This document shows positions 15,216-23,992 of a stretch of 29,604 bases of DNA, in pieces (position 1 is the stretch's first letter; the number at the start of each line of letters is the position of its first letter). Source of the stretch: a virus (Duplodnaviria > Caudoviricetes); IMG/VR virus record IMGVR_UViG_3300031974_001881, positions 1-29,604 of that record, one strand, 5' to 3'. A model generated the notes under the pieces. The model was given only the letters and a program-made list of their open reading frames with translations, did not search any database and was not told the DNA's origin. Made by a program: the position numbers and the translations under genes.

Positions 15216-18200
15216 TTATACTGCTAATGCTATAGCCCTCATATCTCTAATAACAGGTGGATATGCTGAAACATCTCCTGTCATAGTTATTTTAATTTGA
15301 AATGTAGTAAAATCATTAAGACCTGAAACTGAATATTTGTACTCTTTAAAAGTTGTATCATCTTCAGCAGGTGTTACTGCAACGTCTTCGCTACCATCTG
15401 AGTTAAATGCAATCCAAGATTTATCATCTATCTTTTGTTCGTCATCAGCTGCAATTGTTCTAAAGAAAACTTTTACATTTGAACTTGCTCTTACGTTTGA
15501 AGTAAGTCTAACGTCTAATGAAGTTGATAGATTTTCTAAAACAATTGACTTAGTTAAATACACAGCAGCTGTAGAAGTACCTGTACTTGCTGTATCAGCT
15601 ATGAAGTCTGGTGTATTAGAAGAATTTGGATTATTTAATCTATTTTGAATTGTAAATGCACTCATTCTTTGAGTATCTAAAACAGGTGATATTTTTGTAT
15701 TTGTAGTAGAGAACTCTAATATAGTCCACAAAGATTTATTGCCTGACATTTCATTTGTTTCATTAATTTCACTTGCAACGGTTTGAGGTGCCGTAAAGTA
15801 AATATTATCATTATTCACCACACCAATTTTATTTGTTGCACTTGTTAAACTAAATTCTGATTCACCACCGTGTACTGATTTACCAGTTGTAGGTCTAATG
15901 TAGTAATCAATTTCTGTACCAGGTAATTGCATTGTTTGAATACCTGCTAAGTTTAATATATCGTAATTTCTATTTTGTGTAGCAGTTACTACTGCACCAC
16001 CAACATCACCTGTAGCATTTGCTGTGCCACTTGTTGTAATATCATAACTATCTAAAGTTATATTTGAAATACTTGTATATGTTCCGTTAATATCAGAGTG
16101 TGCAATACCATTGTAAGTACCTGAAGCCACACCTGCAATCGTAACATTGTTAGATGTACCGTGCATACCGTGGTTTGGATGGAAAACTCTAATTACACCT
16201 GAACTGTTAGTTGTTCTTAAAGGATTATTTTTAAGTGTTCTTGTTCCTAATGTATCGTTAGTTAGTGTAATTGTACCTGTTACATTTTCAAACTCAGCTC
16301 TCTTAACTTTAAATTTAATATCTTCATTTTGATCTGCTGTCCATGTTACACCATTTTGAGATTTAAAGAATACACCGGCATATGGTTGAGCAGATATTGT
16401 TCTACTAGAACCTAAATTAGTTTGACCCATTCTTGCAACATAAACATTGTAATCCTGTGTATTTGCCATAAGTACAAAAGCATACTCTGTATTTTCTTGT
16501 ACATAAACTGGACTATCAAATGTAAATGTTGTTGCTACAGTACCGTCTGTACTTGTACTTACTTGATTTGGATTCAAAGTCTTTTCAGCAAAAGGTAATA
16601 TTGATTGACCTGGATAACCATTTACAGTATTTCTAACTTGTAGAGTTACAGGAATATTACTATCTTTAGAACTGAAATAAATGTCTATTGATGTTAAGAA
16701 AACTCCACCCTCATCATCAATCATAAATGTTTCTGCAAGTGGATCGTGGTAACCAACTTGACGTGAAGCACCTCTTTGTACACTTGTTTGTACAACATTT
16801 TCAGTTTCATTTGTAGCTCTAAATTCTACAGCTGCTGTTCTTGTTGCGATAATTGTATTTTGTACTGTTTGTATAACACCTTTAGCAGTATAAGTTACAT
16901 TACCAGCAGTATCAGGAGCTGATGTTAAATCATTTGTAGGTGAACTTGTTAATCTAAATACTCTTTCACCTGTTCTCCATCTTTTGTTTGAGCTAACTTT
17001 TGGATCAGGTATTGCAAAAGTACCTGATACAGCACCGTTAGCGTCTGTAACAATATTTCCACCTAAAGAACCACCTGTAGGTGTAACAAAATCTGATATT
17101 AATTCATTATCGAAATATGCATAAACTCTTGTGTTAGGTTTTAGTCTAGTAGCGTTAAATGTAAGTGTTCTACTTCTAATGAAAGGAGAAAATGCTAATG
17201 AAATTATTTTATCACCAACATTTTGATTTATTGTTTTTGGAACTAATACTTGTCTAATACCTGTTCTTGTTCTGGAACCTGTTCTTGTTGTAGTCTTAAT
17301 ATCTCTTTGCATTACTTTCCAACCGTGACCACCTCGTTCTTTGTAAGTTTCGGTTGAATTAGTTGATGATACACCAGTCCAATGGTTTTGCCATTCATTC
17401 CAAACTGTACCTATTTCTACAGATGTTAGATTTGGATTGCCTGAATTTTTTACTAAAGTGTCCCAACTTCCGTCATTATTATTAATAACTAACTCAGGAG
17501 CTCTTTCTGTTTCTTTCCACTCGTCTGATGGTGGAGTTAGAGCAATAGAACCAATCCAAGTAAATATACCAAATGGGTTTACGTTTACTGTTTTACTTGC
17601 ATATGGTTGATCTATTAAAGTTTTTTCTGTGTAAGGTAAAGTAATTAGATCACCAGTTTTTTGGTAATTTGCAGCTGTTCTATCAGCGTCAACAATAGTT
17701 GTACCATCATCATCTCTTTCAATAAGTTGAACAGCATCCTCGTTAAATGTAGGACGCATTTCACCTCTAGCGTAATCTATAGCTACTTTGTAATCTCTGT
17801 TACCTGCGTCACCAATATTGTGACCTGTAAAGTTATCTACAATAAATCCATTTTTAAATCTATCGAAACCTTGTGAGTCTTGTATTTGTAGTGATTGAGC
17901 TGATTGTTCTAATAAAGAAAGTTGAGTATAGTATTCAACATTTTCTAATCTTCTCTCTAGTTTACCGATATCTCTCATTGTATATCTTCTATTATCAACT
18001 TGTTCAATACCTACTTCAGCAATATCTAATGTGTAAGACGGTAAAAATAAAGTGTATAAATGCATTGCATTATCTAATGAACCTGGTCTATCAGGTGATA
18101 TAGAACTTGCGCCTTTTAATACTTTGAAATTACCTTCACTATCTAAGAAAATTTTATCAACACGTTGCAAATAAAATTCAAAATCAGCTGTTATGTTTGA

Positions 18201-21200
18201 ACCAAACTTAACAACATCAACAACTGAGTTACCTGATCCGTCAAATGAACGATCTTGGTTACCTGAATTTATTGTACTTGCGTCATCAACTCTAGGTCTA
18301 AAATCTAAACAATCTCTTAATTCAAAAACTTGTCCTGATGTTACAGATGTGTAACTTGGAATATCTTCATACTCTACAACACCTGAATATGAGTCAACAT
18401 CAAAATAATCTCCAGAACCGTGAGAGAAATAATCAAAGTTAACTAATAATCTACCAGTTGGCGTTACTTCACCAGTTTTTAAAGTAATTCTACCAATATC
18501 ATAGAAGTTATCTCTTTGACCTGTATCTAAATCAAATCTATCTGTAACGTTTGTATGTGAAGTTGTAGCAGCTGTACTAAAGTCAGGTGCCATAAAGATA
18601 CTATTAATTTTTTTAACGTCTGCCTTACCTAAACCTATAGTACCACTTTCGATTGTTGCCTGTGTTGAAACTGCAAGTGTTTCATTTTGGTTTAGAGTTT
18701 TTGATTTTGAGGTTGCTACACTTCTATTTATTGTAGCTAAAATTTTTACTGTGTGTCCTGCAAAGTTAGCACCAAAATCTAATGTCAAAGTTTTACCTGT
18801 TGGTGAACCTGCTAATGCAAATATAGGTTGTGATTCGTGGTTATTACCTGTTAAACTTAATACATCACCTACTGCACCTGTACCACCGGAACCTGTTGCT
18901 GTGATAGTTACATAAAAATCTCCTTCAGCCAAACCAGCAAATGTTTCATTTGTACCTGCTGTTAACTGAGATATACCGTCAGATGATAATGTATCAACAA
19001 ACTGTCTTCTTACTGCAAAGTTTGTGTCTGATAGACCAGAGTTTGAAGCAGTTTTTAATGTTTTAATTGTTTCATATGGTAATTTAAATATAGATAGATT
19101 TTTTTCTGGTGATTGTAAGTTTGTTCTTCTTCTTGTTGCAATTGTTTTAGTTGACTTAGCAGCTGTAACACTTGATAACTGTAAACTTGTTGCTGATATA
19201 ATTGCTTCAACAATTTTTGTTTCAGTATTACCACTATCGTTAGTAAATGAAATAGAATCACCTATTTTTAATTCGTCTTCAAATCTTGTATTGATACCTA
19301 CAACGGCAGCTGAACCTGAAGCTACATCAATTGAACCTGTTAAAGTCGTATTGCTACCACTTGTAGAATCTAATGATGTGTCTGCTGTGTAAGTTACACT
19401 ATCGCCACCACCTGGTTGACCAATTTGTTTTATATCAGGAGCGTCAAAAGTTGTAGAACCTTTTAAACCAACAGCGTCTGCTTGTATTACTGCTGTATTA
19501 CTTGATGTGCCACCTGTTATTGTTTCTCCTGCGACAAATTCGCCAGAAACATTTGTTACTACTACAACACCATGTGCAGCTACACCACCAGATGTATAAG
19601 ATGTAAAACCTGAACCATCAATTGATGTCGTACCGTCTGTGTCGTATAATTCAAATGTGTTTGTTGCTGGATTTCTTACAGTATAAACGTTACCATTTAA
19701 TTCTGTCATACCACCAACACCTGTGATTGTAACTTGTTGTCCTTCTTTAAGTGTATGTGATGTCGCTGTAATAACTACAGGATTAGCTGCTGTTGCACCT
19801 GAAATTGTTTCGTCTGTGTCAGTTGAAATACTTTGAACAACACCTGTTGCACCTGAAGTACCACCTGTTACAACTTCACCTGTTGTAAATGCTTGTGACG
19901 TTTTAATATTTAAATGTGTAAATGTAGTTATGTCAAAAAGATAATGTTTATATACAGCAGTTGTAGCACTTGAATTTGCAAATATGCCAGTAGCTGTAGC
20001 TGAACCTGATGAATATTCAAAACCTTTTGTTTTTGCTCTACCTATTTGTGAAATACTGTTACCTGAACCAGCATTTTCTGTACCTCTAGTACCTGTAGCA
20101 ACATTATATAAGTTTACGTTTGCAAAAGATTCAGAAGCACCTGAAACGAAACCTATATCAGGAGCACCAAATACTTTTGTAACATTTATAAAGTTACCAA
20201 TATCAAATCTTGTTTTAAAATTAGCCTCTGTATCAAAATCTCTTGCCTTATCTATATTAACATAAGAGGTTGCAAGTTTTTCAATTTCATAACCTTTTAC
20301 ATAAGCTTTTCCTGGAGATAAACCAACTGCTAATTTAGCAGCGTCACCGCCATTTGCTGAAGTAAATATACCTCTTACAACGTCTGGATTTGAACTTGAA
20401 GAATTTTGTAGATGTTCTCTCACATCAATTTCAAAAGGTCTTACATAGTAGTCACCACTCTCGTCAAATGTTCTACGAGCAAAAGTATCTTCTATAACTG
20501 CATATTCAGTATTTCTTACTCTGTTTTGTAAAATACCTTCAGATAATCTAATCAACTCTATAAAGTTTGAGTCTTCGGTAGATGTTAATGTTTTTTTAGC
20601 TAATGTTAAATCTATTTTAAATCTGTGAGCACCTGGAGCATTTGCGTTAGATGAACCAGCTGCATTATCATTTAAAGCTTGATCGTCATTTGGTGTTACA
20701 AATGTTTCTGAAACTGTTAGACCAACTCTGTATGATGGATTGTTTGTGTATTTGTCAAGTATTACAGTTTGATTTGTTACTTGTACATGAAAACCATTTA
20801 TGTAATAAACACCTTCTTGTACTTCAGCAGCTGAACCAGTAGCACATGATGATACAACAGCAGTTGATAAAGTTGAATCTGTAAATACGGCATTTATTGT
20901 TTCGCCGTTTGAGAATTTAATATCTGTATTATTTGTACCTGAACTAGTATATTTTACAAATAAAGTATCAGGATCAGTACCGTCTGTAGCAACTGCATTT
21001 ATACAAGTAGCAGTAACACCAGATGTTCCACCTGTTAATGTAGCACCAATGTATAGTGAAATATCTGCTGTTGCTTTAGATGTAAGTTTTACAGCATAGT
21101 ATTCTAAGTCATACCCGATTTCTCCAGGTATAATCATAGCACCTTTTTCAAACAGGTGATCTGATAATCTTTCTGTTTGGTTTTGTAAGATACTTTGTGC

Positions 21201-21320
21201 TTGTGTTAACTCTCTTGCCTGAACAGCAAATGCTGGTCTAAATAATATACGATGAAATTTCTTACTTTCAGTAAAATCATCATAATAAGGCGTGAGGTTA
21301 AAGTCAGTTGGACTTGGCAT
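15216..21320 (-). CDS. Large baseplate-associated structural protein (DUF4815/VrlC-like)
   Basis: PYYDDF...KKFHRILFRP..AVQARELTQ.QSILQNQ; APGAHRFKI; ARRTFDESGDY; RFKNGFIVDNF; DPLAETF; DMRAIAL end. Confidence 0.9.
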   Translation of the reverse strand: MPSPTDFNLTPYYDDFTESKKFHRILFRPAFAVQARELTQAQSILQNQTERLSDHLFEKGAMIIPGEIGYDLEYYAVKLTSKATADISLYIGATLTGGTSGVTATCINAVATDGTDPDTLFVKYTSSGTNNTDIKFSNGETINAVFTDSTLSTAVVSSCATGSAAEVQEGVYYINGFHVQVTNQTVILDKYTNNPSYRVGLTVSETFVTPNDDQALNDNAAGSSNANAPGAHRFKIDLTLAKKTLTSTEDSNFIELIRLSEGILQNRVRNTEYAVIEDTFARRTFDESGDYYVRPFEIDVREHLQNSSSSNPDVVRGIFTSANGGDAAKLAVGLSPGKAYVKGYEIEKLATSYVNIDKARDFDTEANFKTRFDIGNFINVTKVFGAPDIGFVSGASESFANVNLYNVATGTRGTENAGSGNSISQIGRAKTKGFEYSSGSATATGIFANSSATTAVYKHYLFDITTFTHLNIKTSQAFTTGEVVTGGTSGATGVVQSISTDTDETISGATAANPVVITATSHTLKEGQQVTITGVGGMTELNGNVYTVRNPATNTFELYDTDGTTSIDGSGFTSYTSGGVAAHGVVVVTNVSGEFVAGETITGGTSSNTAVIQADAVGLKGSTTFDAPDIKQIGQPGGGDSVTYTADTSLDSTSGSNTTLTGSIDVASGSAAVVGINTRFEDELKIGDSISFTNDSGNTETKIVEAIISATSLQLSSVTAAKSTKTIATRRRTNLQSPEKNLSIFKLPYETIKTLKTASNSGLSDTNFAVRRQFVDTLSSDGISQLTAGTNETFAGLAEGDFYVTITATGSGGTGAVGDVLSLTGNNHESQPIFALAGSPTGKTLTLDFGANFAGHTVKILATINRSVATSKSKTLNQNETLAVSTQATIESGTIGLGKADVKKINSIFMAPDFSTAATTSHTNVTDRFDLDTGQRDNFYDIGRITLKTGEVTPTGRLLVNFDYFSHGSGDYFDVDSYSGVVEYEDIPSYTSVTSGQVFELRDCLDFRPRVDDASTINSGNQDRSFDGSGNSVVDVVKFGSNITADFEFYLQRVDKIFLDSEGNFKVLKGASSISPDRPGSLDNAMHLYTLFLPSYTLDIAEVGIEQVDNRRYTMRDIGKLERRLENVEYYTQLSLLEQSAQSLQIQDSQGFDRFKNGFIVDNFTGHNIGDAGNRDYKVAIDYARGEMRPTFNEDAVQLIERDDDGTTIVDADRTAANYQKTGDLITLPYTEKTLIDQPYASKTVNVNPFGIFTWIGSIALTPPSDEWKETERAPELVINNNDGSWDTLVKNSGNPNLTSVEIGTVWNEWQNHWTGVSSTNSTETYKERGGHGWKVMQRDIKTTTRTGSRTRTGIRQVLVPKTINQNVGDKIISLAFSPFIRSRTLTFNATRLKPNTRVYAYFDNELISDFVTPTGGSLGGNIVTDANGAVSGTFAIPDPKVSSNKRWRTGERVFRLTSSPTNDLTSAPDTAGNVTYTAKGVIQTVQNTIIATRTAAVEFRATNETENVVQTSVQRGASRQVGYHDPLAETFMIDDEGGVFLTSIDIYFSSKDSNIPVTLQVRNTVNGYPGQSILPFAEKTLNPNQVSTSTDGTVATTFTFDSPVYVQENTEYAFVLMANTQDYNVYVARMGQTNLGSSRTISAQPYAGVFFKSQNGVTWTADQNEDIKFKVKRAEFENVTGTITLTNDTLGTRTLKNNPLRTTNSSGVIRVFHPNHGMHGTSNNVTIAGVASGTYNGIAHSDINGTYTSISNITLDSYDITTSGTANATGDVGGAVVTATQNRNYDILNLAGIQTMQLPGTEIDYYIRPTTGKSVHGGESEFSLTSATNKIGVVNNDNIYFTAPQTVASEINETNEMSGNKSLWTILEFSTTNTKISPVLDTQRMSAFTIQNRLNNPNSSNTPDFIADTASTGTSTAAVYLTKSIVLENLSTSLDVRLTSNVRASSNVKVFFRTIAADDEQKIDDKSWIAFNSDGSEDVAVTPAEDDTTFKEYKYSVSGLNDFTTFQIKITMTGDVSAYPPVIRDMRAIALAV

Positions 21321-21330
21321 TTATTCCTCT

Positions 21331-22800
21331 CTAAAATTCAATAATTAATTTAACGTTTTCAGTTTGATCCGCAGCTCTTGTGATTGGCGCTCTGTTTTCT
21401 ATATAGAGAACATCACCACTATCAGCGTCTAACTCTGCATTTGCATAGCCAGAAGAAAATGATATACTATCAACAGTACCAGATTGTGAAGTGTCTGGTG
21501 TAGCTGTAGCACTTGATGATTGACCTGTGATTACGTTTGCTCCTGAAAAAGCAGTTAAATTTCCGTTTGTGTCTATACCTTCATCGTTAAATCTTGTTTG
21601 TACATAATATAAAATTCTATTTGTAGAATCCCATTCAACAACTTTACCTACAGCACCTGTGGATGCCTGATTTATTTCTTCGTCAACAGTAAATGTTCCT
21701 GGTGTTGGTGATGAAGCAATTGCAATTGACTTAACAGCTCTTAAAGTTGTTACGCTTGCAGCTGAACCACCTGATAATGGATTTCTTATTAAAGCAACTC
21801 TTCTAAAATCGTTAGCAGTTGTAAAGTCACCTGTATTTGCTGATTCAGAACCTTCTAAGTTTGAATTTAACATTACAAAAAATCCACCTAATTCTTGTAT
21901 TGCATTTTTACCGTGACCACCTTTTGGTTCTATAATACAATCTAATTCTGTTCCTGTTAAACTAGAAGCGCCTGCAGCCACAATGTCAGCTAACCTAATA
22001 TAACCGTATGTGTAACCTGAACCTACATTTGTAACTGTTACGGCTGATACTGCACCTGAACTAACTGTTACAGAAACTTTACCACCTGATCCATCACCTC
22101 TAATATCAATATTTGTATGTGTACCGTCTGTACCACCTGAACCGGCAGTTTTAATTTTTACAATGTTTATTGCACCATCAACTGCGGCTGATGATACTGT
22201 TGAATCTGTTGAAACTGCCATAAAGTCAGTTGATAGGAAGTTTGCTTGTTGCGTAGCAGATAAAGAGTACATATATTTCCATTTGTAACCGTCACCTGTT
22301 GTTAAAATAGATGTTGATGTACCTGTTGGTTCTACTGTTGAATTTGCACCACCATTATTATCTAAACATTTGTAAACATTGTTTGAACTGTTTAAAACAT
22401 AAAAAGTAGAATCCCATAAAGTAGAAGCACCACTAGTAGATGTTTGAGTAGTTGTTGTTCCTGTAATTCTGTTACCATAATCGTGTCTGTAGTAATCGTA
22501 AACTGTGCCAGTACTCCAATTTCTTCTTGCAATAACATTTGATACATCTGAGCTTGTAATTCTTTTAGCCGCTAGATAGTCATCGTAGGTATATAACTCT
22601 TCGGTAATTGAATCTGCTGGTGTTAAAGGTGCTATGTCTGAACCATGATTTTCTGTTCTTAAATCACCTCTAGTTTTTGTACCATTCGCAATAGGATTAC
22701 CTATAGCAAGATAGTAAGTAGTAGCTGCAGCTTCAGAAAATGACTCTGTGAACTGGTCAGCGTTATGAATTCTAAATTTGTTTGTAATAATTGCTGGCAT
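21331..22800 (-). CDS. gp8: Baseplate wedge subunit
   Basis: MPAIITNKFRI.NA..F; RRNW..GTVYDYY; FYVLNS..NVYKCLDN; DGYKWKYMY; GDVLYIENR.PITR..DQTENVKLIIEF. Confidence 0.92.
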   Translation of the reverse strand: MPAIITNKFRIHNADQFTESFSEAAATTYYLAIGNPIANGTKTRGDLRTENHGSDIAPLTPADSITEELYTYDDYLAAKRITSSDVSNVIARRNWSTGTVYDYYRHDYGNRITGTTTTQTSTSGASTLWDSTFYVLNSSNNVYKCLDNNGGANSTVEPTGTSTSILTTGDGYKWKYMYSLSATQQANFLSTDFMAVSTDSTVSSAAVDGAINIVKIKTAGSGGTDGTHTNIDIRGDGSGGKVSVTVSSGAVSAVTVTNVGSGYTYGYIRLADIVAAGASSLTGTELDCIIEPKGGHGKNAIQELGGFFVMLNSNLEGSESANTGDFTTANDFRRVALIRNPLSGGSAASVTTLRAVKSIAIASSPTPGTFTVDEEINQASTGAVGKVVEWDSTNRILYYVQTRFNDEGIDTNGNLTAFSGANVITGQSSSATATPDTSQSGTVDSISFSSGYANAELDADSGDVLYIENRAPITRAADQTENVKLIIEF

Positions 22801-22818
22801 TTTTTCTTCCTATTTCAA

Positions 22819-22826
22819 TATTTATA
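22819..22826 (-). promoter_or_regulatory. T4-type late promoter TATAAATA
   Basis: Exact consensus, intergenic, upstream of gp8. Confidence 0.85.
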
Positions 22827-22833
22827 ATGTTTT

Positions 22834-23958
22834 TTAAAGCTCCTTTATAACAATTTTCGCTGAGTTACTTGGTGCTGAACCAAATACAACATTTGTTCCA
22901 GATATAGTATAATCTGTAGTTTCTAATTTTAATAGACCATCAACAAATACCATAACATTTGTACTTATACTCGCACCGTCCATAGCGAAAGTAGTTGTTG
23001 AACCGTTAGCTGTATATACCTTTGTTGTTGAATCTTTATGTGATAAATTATGAATTTCAGCACCCATTAAAGAATCACTAGAACTTTGATAGTGTAAAAT
23101 CTTTGGTGTATGTTCGTCAATCGTTATTTCAGTATATGCGCCTGAACTACCTGGTACTCCAGCAGTTGAAACGCCTGTTGTATAAGCAGTTGTTTTATCT
23201 TTATCTAAATAAAATCTTAAAGGATGGCCTGTGTTTGTGTTACCTTCTTGTTTAAATCTATGTAATCCTTTTTTTAATTTAAAGAAAGGAGCTTGTACAA
23301 GATTATTATTAAAAGTATCTGAACTACCTGAACCATAATGTGGATGATCTGCTGTTTTTGTTGTAACAGTTATGTCAATGTCTGTTCTATCTTCATGTGT
23401 ATCACCTGTATAATTAGCACCTAGTAAAGGATTATTATTAAACACAGCATAACTACTCATACTTAAATCTGTTACTGTACTTAAAGAGGAACCTGTTATT
23501 GTAGCACCTGTAATAGTCGGTGCTGTTAATACTTTATTAGTTAAAGTTTCAGAACCTGTCAATGAAACAAAACTGTCGCCTTGTAAAGCAGTATTAAATT
23601 CTGTCAAAGTACCTGTGATAGTATTACTTCCTAAATCAATTGTTTTAGTTGTAAGGGTATCTGTAGATGTTCTAGCAACTAAAGTATCTGTACCTGACGG
23701 TATCGTAACCGTACCACCATTTGTGATTGAAGCAATAGTTGGAGTTGTTAAAGTTTTGTTTGTTAAAGTATCTGTAGTAGCTCTTCCAACAATAGTATCT
23801 GTACCAGTTGGAAATGTTAAATCAGATAAGGTTGTACCATCACCTAATTTAGTATAAATTTCGTTAAAGTTATCATTAATTAAATCACCACCAGCTCGTA
23901 TTGTAGAACCTGAACCGTCATTTGCTGAAGAACCGATATTAATTGTTTGTTTTGCCAT
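22834..23958 (-). CDS. Baseplate wedge tail-fibre connector (gp9/gp10-type N-terminus) fused to fibre shaft, cupredoxin-like and T7-gp17-N-like domains
   Basis: MAKQTINIGSSANDGSGSTIRAGGDLINDNFNEIY matches the gp9/gp10 N-terminal motif; the remainder is mosaic. Confidence 0.8.
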   Translation of the reverse strand: MAKQTINIGSSANDGSGSTIRAGGDLINDNFNEIYTKLGDGTTLSDLTFPTGTDTIVGRATTDTLTNKTLTTPTIASITNGGTVTIPSGTDTLVARTSTDTLTTKTIDLGSNTITGTLTEFNTALQGDSFVSLTGSETLTNKVLTAPTITGATITGSSLSTVTDLSMSSYAVFNNNPLLGANYTGDTHEDRTDIDITVTTKTADHPHYGSGSSDTFNNNLVQAPFFKLKKGLHRFKQEGNTNTGHPLRFYLDKDKTTAYTTGVSTAGVPGSSGAYTEITIDEHTPKILHYQSSSDSLMGAEIHNLSHKDSTTKVYTANGSTTTFAMDGASISTNVMVFVDGLLKLETTDYTISGTNVVFGSAPSNSAKIVIKEL

Positions 23959-23979
23959 TTTTTATCTCTTAATCTTTAA

Positions 23980-23987
23980 TATTTATA
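23980..23987 (-). promoter_or_regulatory. T4-type late promoter TATAAATA
   Basis: Exact consensus, intergenic. Confidence 0.85.
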
Positions 23988-23992
23988 ATGCT

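Noticed and set aside
23335-23350. HxH motif (DHPHY) as an iron-binding fibre site
   Set aside because: Single occurrence inside a globular domain, not the repeated HxH array of a T4 gp37-type tip
471-23857. Many plus-strand ORFs rich in Val/Pro/Ala/Ser
   Set aside because: They are antisense shadows of Thr/Gly-rich minus-strand genes, lack evident RBS or promoters, and mostly use alternative starts
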